Positions 20,141 to 29,589 of a DNA stretch of 64,000 nt are shown in pieces. Below the pieces are notes generated by a model. The model made no database searches. It saw only the letters and a list, made by a program, of their open reading frames with translations, and had not been told where the DNA came from. Origin of the DNA: Bradyrhizobium sp. (GTDB lineage Bacteria > Pseudomonadota > Alphaproteobacteria > Rhizobiales > Xanthobacteraceae); contig NZ_JBEKRB010000007.1 in NCBI RefSeq assembly GCF_049519115.1, positions 103,798 through 167,797 on the forward strand. Direction: 5' to 3'. The position numbers and the translations under genes were made by a program. Positions within the stretch are counted from its first letter, which is position 1. Each line of letters begins with the position of its first letter.

Positions 20141-20215
20141 GTCATTCCTGGGGCCCGAAGCGCGAACCCGGAATCTCGAGATTCCGGGCTCATGCTTCTC
20201 ATGCCCCGGAACGAC
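20141..20215. repeat. CGTC/GTC-tagged REP-like repeat (short GTCATTCC variant)
   Basis: GTCATTCCTGGGGC...GAACCCGGAATCTCGAGATTCCGGGCTC...GCCCCGGAACGAC; lies between convergent genes. Confidence 0.8.
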
Positions 20216-20231
20216 GAGTTCAACAACTTAA

Positions 20232-21269
20232 TCACCGCTCGTCCTCTTCCCCACGCTTCCGCAAAAGATCCTTGGCGAGGTCCGTGAGCGAGGGACGCGG
20301 CAGGGCTGCAAACGGTAGCGGCCGGGTGACGTCGATCGCAGCCAGCCCCAGCCGCGCCGTCAGGAGCCCGTTGAGGACACCTTCGCCGAGCCGTTGCGAC
20401 AGTTTGGCGGTCAGGCCATGGCCGAGGATCTGCTGGATCACGCTGTCGCTCGCCGCCATGCCGCCGGTGATGGCGAGATGAGCGAGCACGTGGCGCATCA
20501 ACCTTATCATACCAAGCGTGCCGGGCCGTCCGCCGTAAAGCCGCGCCAACTGCCGGATCAGGCGGAGCGAAGCCGCGAACACAAAGACGACGTCGAACAG
20601 CGCGCGCGGGCTGATCGCGGTGACGAGCAAGACGCGTTGCGCGGCGGCGGAAATCAGCAGCCGCGCCTGCTGATCGAGCGGCGTCATCAGTTCACGCTCG
20701 GCGAGGCGGATCATGTCCGCGCCGTCAATAATGTCGCCGGAATGCTGGCTCAGCGTGGCGCGGGCGCGCGCTAGATGCGGATTTTGATGAGCGATCTTCA
20801 AGAGATCGCGCAACACGTCGCGGCTCTGGTTGCGATCGTCGCTCGCGATCACTAAAGCTGCACGCCGATGCAGCTCTTCGATCGCGGAAAGCCGCATCAG
20901 GCCGATCGCCTCGCGCGCGGTCACCACGATCAGTGACAGGGTCGAAGCAAAGGTCAGCACCAATCCCAGGATCCCGAGGCTTTCGCTGCGCGCAAACAGA
21001 TCCTCGATCAGATGCGCCACGCCAAGGCCGGCGCCGAGCAGCACCAGCCCACCGAGCGCGCTCCAGAACAGCGTGCCCCAGCGAAATCGCGGCTCGGGCG
21101 GAGCGATCACAGGCTCCAACGCCACCGGTAACTGCGGCGCGTCGTTTTCCGGCGTGACGTGAACCGTGCCGCGCGAAGGGCGGCTCTCGTCGTTTGGATC
21201 GGTTACGACGACGTTTGCGTCGTCCAGCTTGAAGGTCGCGGGCTTGCGGTTGTGGGGGCGCTCGCTCAT
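20232..21269 (-). CDS. ycjF: YcjF family (UPF0283) membrane protein
   Basis: TAISPRALFD, LYGGRPG and GEGVLNGLLTARLG motifs; 4-bp overlap with ycjX. Confidence 0.9.
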   Translation of the reverse strand: MSERPHNRKPATFKLDDANVVVTDPNDESRPSRGTVHVTPENDAPQLPVALEPVIAPPEPRFRWGTLFWSALGGLVLLGAGLGVAHLIEDLFARSESLGILGLVLTFASTLSLIVVTAREAIGLMRLSAIEELHRRAALVIASDDRNQSRDVLRDLLKIAHQNPHLARARATLSQHSGDIIDGADMIRLAERELMTPLDQQARLLISAAAQRVLLVTAISPRALFDVVFVFAASLRLIRQLARLYGGRPGTLGMIRLMRHVLAHLAITGGMAASDSVIQQILGHGLTAKLSQRLGEGVLNGLLTARLGLAAIDVTRPLPFAALPRPSLTDLAKDLLRKRGEEDER

Positions 21270-22735
21270 TGCAGCCTGTCTCCGATCAAGAACTGCAGCG
21301 CCCGGTCAAGGCGGATGTGGGGCAGCGAAGCCGCATTGTCGCCCTCCGGCGTGAGGCGGGGCGGGCGGAAGCGAAGGAAGCGGAAGTCGGTGCCGTTACC
21401 TTGCCCGTTGGCGAGGCCGGAAAACGCGGCCTCGCTCTCGAACAATGCTTGCGGATCCTCAGGCAGCTCGCCGGGAAAGGTCGCCACTTCCGTGTTGCCG
21501 TCGAAAGTCTCGCCGTCCGCTTTCTCGCCCGCGATCGGTGTTCCTAGGATCGACGGCAGGCTTTCCCGGCTGCGCGTGACCTGGGCCTCCCGCGTGGCGC
21601 GGACGGCGGAAAGGGCCACGACGTCGATGGTGGCGCCGGTATCTTCAGCCCGCATCACGGCGCGCGAAACCGCCCGCCGCAGCACCGCTTCCAGCCGGTC
21701 GTGGCTTATATGATGCAGGTGGTCGGCTTTGGTGGCGGCGAATAAAATGCGGTCGATCTTCGGGCGGAACAGCGCGTTCAGGATCGTGCCGCGGCCGATG
21801 TGGAAGCAGTCGAGGATTCCGGCCAGCGCCGACTCCAGGTCGAACAGCGCGTTCGGTCCCGAATTGAACGCGGCCAAGGCATCGACCAGAACCACCTGGC
21901 GATCGAGCCGCGCGAAATGGTCGCGGAAGAACGGGCGAACCACGACGTCCTTGTAGGACTGATAGCGCCTGCGCATCATCGCCCACAGCGAGCCGTCCGG
22001 CGGGTTACCGTCTCCGGGCACGTCGAGCGGCGCGAAGGTCAGCGCCGGCGAGCCCGCAAGATTGCCCGGCATCAGGAAGCGGCCCGGCGGCAGTAGGCTC
22101 ATGGCGAAACGCTCGTCGCGGCAGGCACGCAGATAATCGGTGAAGAGTTTGGCGGAGGCAAGTGCGGCCTGTTCGTCGGCCGGCGCTTGTGCGTCCAGCC
22201 CGGAGATATACGCATGCCAGTCGGCAGCGAGGGCCGCGCGGGCATTCCCGCGCGACAGTGCCAGGCTCTCGCTCGACCACTGTTCGTAGCTTTTGTTGAG
22301 CAGTGGCAGATCGAGCAGCCACTCGCCGGGATAATCCACGATATCGAGGGTCAGCGTCCGCTCGGTACCGTTCTGGCGCTGGTAATCGATCACAAGCCGC
22401 AACTCGCTGATGTCGACAGTCGAGTTCGGCCAGGCCCGTTCGTCGATCAACGTGCGAACGTGGCGCTCATAGTCGAAGCGCGGCACGGCGTCGTCGGGCT
22501 GCGGCGCGAGATAGGCGCGGGCGATCCGGCCCGAGGCCAGCGGCTCGAACACTGGAAAGCGTCCGCCGCGGGTGAGGCCATGGATCAGCGCCGTGATGAA
22601 CACGGTCTTGCCGGCCCGTGAAAGCCCGGTGATGCCGAGTCGCAGCGTCGGATTGAAGAGGCCCTCGCTGAAATCCTTCAGCGCGCGCGCCGAAATGCGC
22701 GCTTCCTCCATCATGTCGGAAAAATCAAAGGCCAT
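21266..22735 (-). CDS. ycjX: YcjX family P-loop ATPase/GTPase
   Basis: GLSRAGKT, DIVDYPGEWLLDLPL, AATKADH and PHIRLDRALQFL motifs. Confidence 0.92.
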   Translation of the reverse strand: MAFDFSDMMEEARISARALKDFSEGLFNPTLRLGITGLSRAGKTVFITALIHGLTRGGRFPVFEPLASGRIARAYLAPQPDDAVPRFDYERHVRTLIDERAWPNSTVDISELRLVIDYQRQNGTERTLTLDIVDYPGEWLLDLPLLNKSYEQWSSESLALSRGNARAALAADWHAYISGLDAQAPADEQAALASAKLFTDYLRACRDERFAMSLLPPGRFLMPGNLAGSPALTFAPLDVPGDGNPPDGSLWAMMRRRYQSYKDVVVRPFFRDHFARLDRQVVLVDALAAFNSGPNALFDLESALAGILDCFHIGRGTILNALFRPKIDRILFAATKADHLHHISHDRLEAVLRRAVSRAVMRAEDTGATIDVVALSAVRATREAQVTRSRESLPSILGTPIAGEKADGETFDGNTEVATFPGELPEDPQALFESEAAFSGLANGQGNGTDFRFLRFRPPRLTPEGDNAASLPHIRLDRALQFLIGDRLQ

Positions 22736-22930
22736 GCGCTGAAAAGGGGAACAAACCGGCTTCGGAAAGGTAATTTGGTAAACCAATCACAAGTGGCGAT
22801 TGACCGGCTAAAATCAAGCTTCACATTTAAGACGCCAATTCCGCTTAATTTCCGCGTACAGGCTTAGGGGATCGTTGACGCCCCAAAGTTATCCTCTGTT
22901 TCATCCTGAAGAAGTGCAGTACTGGATTAA

Positions 22931-23626
22931 ATGACCGTTTTCCAACTGAAACAGTTCGCCTCGACCTCGGCCCATGCGGCGGCCGACGCGATTCGCTGGA
23001 ATTATGACCGCGCCGAGCTGATCGCCGACGGCATCGTGCACGGCATCGGCGTGTTCGGTGGCGTGGTGGCGGCGACCGTGCTGATCGTGCTCGCGGCGGT
23101 GTTCGCCTCCGCCTATGAAGTCGTCACCGTGTCGGTCTATGCCGCGGGCCTGCTGGCGATGCTCGGATTTTCCGCCGCCTATAACCTCTGGCCGGTGTCG
23201 CGGCGCAAGTGGCTGTTGCGCCGCTTCGATCATTCGGCGATCTATGTCCTGATCGCGGCGACCTATACGCCGATCTTCACGCAGTTGCAGGACCGCGTGT
23301 TCGCAATGTCGCTTTTGGCAGGCGTATGGGGCGTGGCGGTGATCGGCATTGCCGTGAAGCTGATGTTCCCCGGACGCTTCGACCGGCTGGCGGTCGGGCT
23401 CTATCTTGCGATGGGCTGGAGCGGCATCATTGCCTATGACGCCGGCCTCTCGCAGCTGCCGCAACTGGTGTTCTGGCTGATCCTCGCCGGTGGCATGCTC
23501 TACAGTTTCGGGGTAATCTTCCACGCATGGCAACGGCTGCGCTTCCAGAACGTGATCTGGCATTGTTTCGTGCTTCTCGGCGCGGCGTGTCACTATACGG
23601 CTGTGCTCGATCTGGTTCTGGCGTAA
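22931..23626 (+). CDS. trhA: Hemolysin III / PAQR family membrane protein
   Basis: RRFDHSAIYVLIAATYTP, YLAMGW and IWHCFVL motifs. Confidence 0.9.
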   Translation: MTVFQLKQFASTSAHAAADAIRWNYDRAELIADGIVHGIGVFGGVVAATVLIVLAAVFASAYEVVTVSVYAAGLLAMLGFSAAYNLWPVSRRKWLLRRFDHSAIYVLIAATYTPIFTQLQDRVFAMSLLAGVWGVAVIGIAVKLMFPGRFDRLAVGLYLAMGWSGIIAYDAGLSQLPQLVFWLILAGGMLYSFGVIFHAWQRLRFQNVIWHCFVLLGAACHYTAVLDLVLA

Positions 23627-23654
23627 CACTTCATTTCATCATTCAGGGTTTGCG

Positions 23655-24449
23655 ATGCAGGTGAACGGCAAGGTCGTCGTCGTCACCGGCGGCGCCAATG
23701 GCATCGGCCGAGCGTTGTGCGAGGCCTTTCATCGCGCGGGCGCCGCCAAGGTGATCGTGGCCGATCTCGATATCGCAACCGCGCGGACGGTCGCCGCTTC
23801 GCTCGACGGCGCGGCATTCAAATGCGATGTCGCGCAGGAGAAAGACATCCTTCACGTCATCGACGAGACCGAACGCTTGTTCGGACCGATCGATTTGTTC
23901 TGTTCCAATGCCGGGATCTTCGCCGGCATCGATCCGTTGTCAGAAAATGCCGGCGGCAGCTCGGATGAACCATTTTCGCGAAGCTGGGCCGTTCACGTCA
24001 TGGCACATATTTACGCGGCGCGGCATCTCGTCCCCCGCTTCAAGGCGCGCGGCGGCGGCTATTTCCTCAACACCATTTCGGCTGCAGGGCTTTTGTCGCA
24101 GGTCGGAAGCGCGGCTTATTCCACGACCAAGCATGCGGCCGTGGGTTTTGCGGAAAATCTCGCGATCTCGCACAAGGCCCACGGAATCAAGGTTTCGATC
24201 CTCTGCCCTCAGGGCGTCGACACCGAGATGATCCGTACGCTCCCGAAGGGGCCGCAATCCGGTGACGGCGACCTGCCGCCGGCGCAGGTCGCCAAAGATG
24301 CGCTCGAAGGCATCGAGTGCGAGACGTTTCTGATTTTGCCGCACCCGCAGGTGCTTACCTATATGCGCAACAAGACCGAGAATTACGACCGCTGGATTGG
24401 CGGCATGGCCAAGATCCAGGCGAAGCTGCGGGAAGAGCATCGCGGTTGA
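23655..24449 (+). CDS. SDR family oxidoreductase
   Basis: TGGANGIG, SNAG and YSTTK motifs. Confidence 0.9.
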   Translation: MQVNGKVVVVTGGANGIGRALCEAFHRAGAAKVIVADLDIATARTVAASLDGAAFKCDVAQEKDILHVIDETERLFGPIDLFCSNAGIFAGIDPLSENAGGSSDEPFSRSWAVHVMAHIYAARHLVPRFKARGGGYFLNTISAAGLLSQVGSAAYSTTKHAAVGFAENLAISHKAHGIKVSILCPQGVDTEMIRTLPKGPQSGDGDLPPAQVAKDALEGIECETFLILPHPQVLTYMRNKTENYDRWIGGMAKIQAKLREEHRG

Positions 24450-24456
24450 CGGAAAG

Positions 24457-24942
24457 TCAGTCGGTGGCAAGCTGAAGCGAGCCTTCCAGCGACGCGGATC
24501 TCAAGTGGTCCGCTGTCAATGCTGCCGCATACAGTCTCAGCCCCTCACGCACCGTCCGCTGCTCCGATTTGCTTAGACGTTGGAGTGCGGCCATCACCTG
24601 GCGCCTGCCAAAATCGTGAAGCGCGGCAAGAGTGCGCTTTCCCTTGGCCGTGAGCGAGAGTGGCTTGCTGCGCGAATCGCACGAATCCATTGTGTCCTTC
24701 AGTTCGCCGGCCTCGATCAGCTTGTGTACCATCCGGCTAACGCTCGATTTCTCCAGATGCAAAATATTGGCAAGTTGCATCGCCGTCATCGGCCCGCGAA
24801 GTCCGATCTCGAGAATGGTATGGACCGCCGAAGGCGGATAGTCGGTGGCTGCCAGCGTCGCTTCCATAAAACCCAGCTCGCGAACCATCAGGCGCGAAGA
24901 CGAGCGGATGTCGTCAATGAGAGCGACGTCGAGATCAGGCAT
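24457..24942 (-). CDS. MarR family transcriptional regulator
   Basis: Winged HTH LEKSSVSRMVHKLIEAG...DSRSKPLSLT; GAGGAG RBS. Confidence 0.85.
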   Translation of the reverse strand: MPDLDVALIDDIRSSSRLMVRELGFMEATLAATDYPPSAVHTILEIGLRGPMTAMQLANILHLEKSSVSRMVHKLIEAGELKDTMDSCDSRSKPLSLTAKGKRTLAALHDFGRRQVMAALQRLSKSEQRTVREGLRLYAAALTADHLRSASLEGSLQLATD

Positions 24943-24957
24943 CTTGACTCCTCATAC

Positions 24958-24974
24958 AGTTGTATTATACAACT
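24958..24974. promoter_or_regulatory. Probable MarR operator palindrome
   Basis: Perfect AGTTGTA-TTA-TACAACT in the 93-bp divergent marR/SDR gap. Confidence 0.65.
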
Positions 24975-25035
24975 ATATGCCGAAACGATGTACTTTGAAA
25001 GAGGAACCGGCCTTCGTCGCGGTTAGTCAGGTGTC

Positions 25036-25833
25036 ATGAGCGAGACTTTGCCAAGTGAAGGTCGGCTAGCGAAATCATCGGCTCGCATGCTCGGGAAGGT
25101 CTGCCTGGTCACGGGAGGCGGCACCGGCATCGGCCGCGCCTCCGCGCTAAAGATGGCTGAGGAGGGGGCTGCCGCCGTGCTGATCGCCGGACGGCGGCCA
25201 TCCGAGATCGAAGCCACAGCGCAAGCCTGCGAAAATTTCGGCGTCGAAGCCTTTGCGCTCGCCACCGACGTAACCCGCGAGGACGAAGTCGAGCGTCTGG
25301 TTGCGACAGCGATCGCGCGCTTTGGCAGGCTGGATGCCGTCTTCAACAATGCCGGCTTTCAGGAAAGACGCGCTCCTCTCGAAGCACAGGACAGCGCCGT
25401 TTACGATACGGTATTCGACACCAACGTGCGGGGCGTATTCCTCTGCCTGCGAAATCAGTTGCCGGTGATGTTTGCGCAAGGCTCGGGCAGGATCGTCATC
25501 AATGCCTCGGTGAGCGGTGTCCGCAATCCGAATCCGGGTCTGTCGCTCTATTCCGCTTCCAAGGCCGCGGTGCTGTCCCTGGTTCGTTCGGCAGCGATGG
25601 AGGCCGCGTCGCGCGGCGTCTCCATTAACGCGGTCGCGCCGGGCCGCGTCATCACCGATATGATGCTGCGCTCGGGCGTTGGCGACATGGCAAGCGTTGC
25701 GGCCGGCTTGCCGCTGAGACGCATGGGCAAGGCGGAGGAGGTGGCCGAGGCTGTGGTCTGGCTGCTCTCAGACGCGTCTTCTTACGTGGTCGGTCATGTT
25801 CTCGCGACCGATGGCGGCTTCCTGGCCTCCTGA
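25036..25833 (+). CDS. SDR family oxidoreductase
   Basis: TGGGTGIG, NNAG, YSASK and GHVLATDGG motifs. Confidence 0.9.
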   Translation: MSETLPSEGRLAKSSARMLGKVCLVTGGGTGIGRASALKMAEEGAAAVLIAGRRPSEIEATAQACENFGVEAFALATDVTREDEVERLVATAIARFGRLDAVFNNAGFQERRAPLEAQDSAVYDTVFDTNVRGVFLCLRNQLPVMFAQGSGRIVINASVSGVRNPNPGLSLYSASKAAVLSLVRSAAMEAASRGVSINAVAPGRVITDMMLRSGVGDMASVAAGLPLRRMGKAEEVAEAVVWLLSDASSYVVGHVLATDGGFLAS

Positions 25834-25842
25834 GGCTGCGCG

Positions 25843-27447
25843 CTACGTCGGTGTCTTGCGCGCGTAAAGCACCGTCACCGCGGAATCCACCGTCACCTCG
25901 ATCACGCTCGTGCCCTGATGCGTCAGGCCAAGCTGCAGCGCGCTGGCCAATTCGGATGATTTCGTCACGCGCAACGCCATGCAGCCCATGCCCTCGGCGA
26001 TCTTAGCAAAATCGATGCCGGGCATGTCGAGGCCGGGCACATTGCGCACCTGCATCACCTGGCTGAACGCGCGCATCGCGCCATAACCTTCATTGTTGAT
26101 GACGATGACGGTCAGCGGCAACTTCCGCTGCGCCGCCGTCCAAAGCGCCTGGATCGAATACATCGCCGAGCCGTCGCCGACGAGGCAGACGGTGCGGACG
26201 TTCGAGCGCGCCATTGCGATGCCGACGGCGGCCGGCAGGCTGTGGCCCAATCCGCCGCTCGCCATGGTGTAAAAACTGTCCTGGCCCCGCATCGGCATGA
26301 ACTTGTGCATCGTCGGACGATGTGAGGGCGCTTCTTCCACCAGCACGGCATCCTCGGGCATCGCCACGCTAAGGCTAGCCAGCAGAAATTCCGCCGGAAT
26401 CGGATCGGCCGCTTTCGGCGGCGGCGGCAGTGCGCGGCCTTTCGGCATGGCGCGTGTGGTCTCAGCCGTCAGCTCGATCAGCGCGGCCAGCGCCGGCTTC
26501 ATGGTCGCGATGATGCTGGTGCCGGCCGGCGTCACTGCGGCCGCTTCCGGATCGTCGGTAATCTGGAATAGCTGCGTCGCGCCATCGAAAATCGGAGCGT
26601 GGCCTTCGACGTGAAAGGTGAACACCGGCGCGCCGATCACGACGACCAGATCATGGCCGCGCAACGCTTCGGATAGTTGACCGGGCGAGGCGTGCAGAAA
26701 GCCCGCGAATTGCGGATGGCGTTCCGGGAAACTGCATCGCGCCGAGAAAGGGCTGACCCAGACCGCGGCGCGGGTCTTCTCGGCCAGCCGCACCATCAGA
26801 TCAACCGCCTGCGCGCGATCGATGCCGGGACCGACCACAAACGCGGGTCGTTCACTCGCCGCGAGGGCTTGCGCCAGACCCCTGATAGCGTCTGGATGGG
26901 GGCCGAGCTCGCGCGTCACGCTGCGGGCTTCCAGTGCCTGCGCGGGCTTGGTCCAGTCGTCGATCGGCACCGAAACAAAGGTCGGTCCGCACGGCGGCTG
27001 CATCGCCGTATAATAAGCGCGCGCAATCGCCGCCGGCACGTCTTCGGCGCGCGCCGGCTCGACCGCGAATTTCACATAGGGCCGCGGGAATTCGGAGGCG
27101 CGTTCGGCAAACAGAAACGGCTGCAACGGCAGGATCGAGCGCGCCTGCTGGCCCGCGGTGATCACCAGCGGCGTCTGGTTGCGATAGGCCGTGAACAGGT
27201 TGCCGAGCGCGTGACCGACGCCCGCCGCCGAATGCAGATTGACGAAGCTGGCATTGCGGGTCGCCTGCGCATAGCCGTCGGCCATGCCGATCACGGAGGC
27301 TTCCTGCAGGCCCAGCACGTAATCGATGTCGTCGGGCCAGTCGCTCAGAAACGGCAGCTCGGTCGAGCCGGGATTACCGAAGACTTTTCGAATGCCGAAC
27401 GCCCGCAACAGGTCCAAGGTGACCTGTTTGACCGTGAGCGTGCTCAC
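25843..27447 (-). CDS. mdlC: Benzoylformate decarboxylase-like ThDP enzyme
   Basis: FGNPGSTELPFL, GLQEA, NLHSAAGVGHA and GDGS...NN motifs; GTG start overlaps the upstream TGA. Confidence 0.85.
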   Translation of the reverse strand: MSTLTVKQVTLDLLRAFGIRKVFGNPGSTELPFLSDWPDDIDYVLGLQEASVIGMADGYAQATRNASFVNLHSAAGVGHALGNLFTAYRNQTPLVITAGQQARSILPLQPFLFAERASEFPRPYVKFAVEPARAEDVPAAIARAYYTAMQPPCGPTFVSVPIDDWTKPAQALEARSVTRELGPHPDAIRGLAQALAASERPAFVVGPGIDRAQAVDLMVRLAEKTRAAVWVSPFSARCSFPERHPQFAGFLHASPGQLSEALRGHDLVVVIGAPVFTFHVEGHAPIFDGATQLFQITDDPEAAAVTPAGTSIIATMKPALAALIELTAETTRAMPKGRALPPPPKAADPIPAEFLLASLSVAMPEDAVLVEEAPSHRPTMHKFMPMRGQDSFYTMASGGLGHSLPAAVGIAMARSNVRTVCLVGDGSAMYSIQALWTAAQRKLPLTVIVINNEGYGAMRAFSQVMQVRNVPGLDMPGIDFAKIAEGMGCMALRVTKSSELASALQLGLTHQGTSVIEVTVDSAVTVLYARKTPT

Positions 27448-28292
27448 CACGTCGCCGTCCCCTTCATGGTCGGCTGTCCCATTGAATTCGCCGTCCACGT
27501 CTCTAGGCCGGCCGTCGTCTCGTTGGCATTGACCGAAAACTCAGAACCCTCGAACAACGGTTGCACGCCGCGATAGGCGAATTTTGCCGGCACTCGCCCG
27601 CGCAATTTGGCGGCGAACTCGATCTGCAGCGCCGCCTGCATCGGTCCGTGAAAGATCAGGCCGGGATAGCCCTCGACCTTGGTGACGTAGTCGCGGTCAT
27701 AGTGGATGCGATGGCCGTTAAACGTCAGTGCCGAGTAGCGAAACAGCAGCACCGGATCGGCCATATGGGTTTCGCGGTGCTTTGCCGCCGGCGGCGGCGC
27801 GGCGGCCTTGGCGGGCGCGGCCGCAGCGGGGGTGACATCGCGGTAGACGATATCGTGCCGCTCCCGGATCGCGATGCCGCGCTTGGTGGTCAGCTCGTGG
27901 TCCACGGCCACAAAACACAACGTGCCGGTCGAGCCGCTCTTCAAGCTCACGTCCTTGATGCGCGAGGTGCGTGTCACCTCGTCGCCGACGCGCAGCGTGT
28001 CGATGAATTCCAGTTCGCCGCCCGCCCACATCCGGCACGGCAGTGGCACCGGCGGCAGAAAGCCGCCGCGGGCCGGATGACCGTCGAGGCCGAGCTCCGA
28101 GCTAGGCACCACCGGCGGCGCCAGGCACCAATGCACGGTGAAGGGCGCCGCGTCGCCCGCCTTGGGCTCGCCGACGGGGAGAAACAGCGTGGCCTGCAAT
28201 CCCTTCACGAGTTGGGCGGTGACGGTGTCGGAGGCTTCGGTGCTGCGGCCGATCCATTGCCGTAAATGATCGAGGTCGGGCTTTTCGCTCAT
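27444..28292 (-). CDS. MaoC/FAS1-like hydratase (HTD2 / itaconyl-CoA or mesaconyl-C4-CoA hydratase family)
   Basis: DGHPARGGFLPP, RMWAGG, FRYSALTFNGHRIHYD and HGP motifs. Confidence 0.85.
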   Translation of the reverse strand: MSEKPDLDHLRQWIGRSTEASDTVTAQLVKGLQATLFLPVGEPKAGDAAPFTVHWCLAPPVVPSSELGLDGHPARGGFLPPVPLPCRMWAGGELEFIDTLRVGDEVTRTSRIKDVSLKSGSTGTLCFVAVDHELTTKRGIAIRERHDIVYRDVTPAAAAPAKAAAPPPAAKHRETHMADPVLLFRYSALTFNGHRIHYDRDYVTKVEGYPGLIFHGPMQAALQIEFAAKLRGRVPAKFAYRGVQPLFEGSEFSVNANETTAGLETWTANSMGQPTMKGTATW

Positions 28293-29416
28293 GACGCTTT
28301 CCGCGTGGAAGACTTCTTGGCGGACGCAGGCTGCTCGCCGATCGCGGGCACCGCTCCGTAGGTCCGCGGTTCGTCGACGAAGATCACAGCCGGCGCCGGG
28401 TAACTCACCACGCCATTGGGCGTATCCACCTCGATCCGCCTTAAGTGCGGGTGCTGGGCCAGGTCGGCAGTGCTGTTGACCTCGGCAAAGGCGATGTCGG
28501 CCTCCGCCAGCCGCTTTAAAACCTCGTCGCGCGTCATCGATCCAAAACTGTCGCCGACGATGCCGTCGGTGAGTTGACGGTTCTTGACGCGCTCGACCAT
28601 GCTGGAAAAGCGCGGGTCATTCGGCAGGTCGGGCTGGCCGAGCACGTCACTGCAGAGTTTTTTCCACTCCCGCTCGCTCTGGATCGAGATCAGGATGTCC
28701 TTGCCGTCTTTTGAGCGGAACACGCCATAGGGCGCGATCGAGGGATGGGCGAGGCCGATCCGTTTCGGCGGTTGACCGGCTTCTGAGTTGATCAGCGGCA
28801 CGGCCATCCAGTCGGCCATCACGTCGAACATCGAGATGCGGATGTCGGCGCCCTTGCCGGTGCGCGAGCGCGCGATCAGCGCTTCGAGTATCGAAGCATG
28901 CGCGGTGGCGCCGGTGGCGATATCGACGATCGAGAGCCCGACACGCGAGGCGCCCTCCGGTCCGCCGGTGATCGATGCGAGTCCGCTTTCGGCCTGGATC
29001 AGGAGATCATAGGCCTTGCGGTGCGCGTAGGGCCCTTGGTCGCCGTAACCTGATATGGTGCAGCAGATCAGCGCCGGATAATCCTTCTTCAGCCGATCGA
29101 GCGAAAAGCCGAGCTTGTCCATCGAGCCGGGCTTGAGATTCTGCAACAGCACGTCGGCCCTTGCGATCAGCGTTTCAAGCTTAGTGCGGCCCTCTTTGGT
29201 GGCGAGGTCGACCACGGCGGAATCCTTGCCGCGGTTGAGCCAGACGAAATAGCTGCTTTGTCCTTTTGCGGCGGCATCATAGCCGCGCGCGAAATCGCCT
29301 TCGGGCCGCTCGACCTTGATGACATGGGCGCCGGCGTCCGCGAGCCGCGACGAGCAGAACGGCGCGGCGACAGCCTGTTCGACGGCGATGACGGTTATTC
29401 CTTCGAGCGGCAGCAT
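28289..29416 (-). CDS. Family III CoA-transferase (CaiB/BaiF)
   Basis: EQAVAAPFCS, ADAGAHVIKVERPEGDFARGYD and LNRGK motifs. Confidence 0.92.
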   Translation of the reverse strand: MLPLEGITVIAVEQAVAAPFCSSRLADAGAHVIKVERPEGDFARGYDAAAKGQSSYFVWLNRGKDSAVVDLATKEGRTKLETLIARADVLLQNLKPGSMDKLGFSLDRLKKDYPALICCTISGYGDQGPYAHRKAYDLLIQAESGLASITGGPEGASRVGLSIVDIATGATAHASILEALIARSRTGKGADIRISMFDVMADWMAVPLINSEAGQPPKRIGLAHPSIAPYGVFRSKDGKDILISIQSEREWKKLCSDVLGQPDLPNDPRFSSMVERVKNRQLTDGIVGDSFGSMTRDEVLKRLAEADIAFAEVNSTADLAQHPHLRRIEVDTPNGVVSYPAPAVIFVDEPRTYGAVPAIGEQPASAKKSSTRKAS

Positions 29417-29418
29417 GG

Positions 29419-29586
29419 CTAGTGTCCCGGTTCTGACATTCGTATCATATCACAGCGGGCACTTTACGAATGTCAGAACCAAAGGGACACTAGCAAATCT
29501 ATAAATTCTAGTGTGGCTTTTGACCCTGACGTTCCTTTTGCGAGGCCGCTGAGAAACTGAAAGGAACGTCAGCGTCGCCACACTAG
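29419..29586. repeat. CTAG-capped twin-hairpin element, copy 3
   Basis: Hairpin A is CTAGTGTCCC + perfect 16-bp stem, AAA bulge. After spacer CAAATCTATAAATT, hairpin B is CTAGTGTGGC, T-run bulge, GCCACACTAG. Confidence 0.9.
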
Positions 29587-29589
29587 ATC

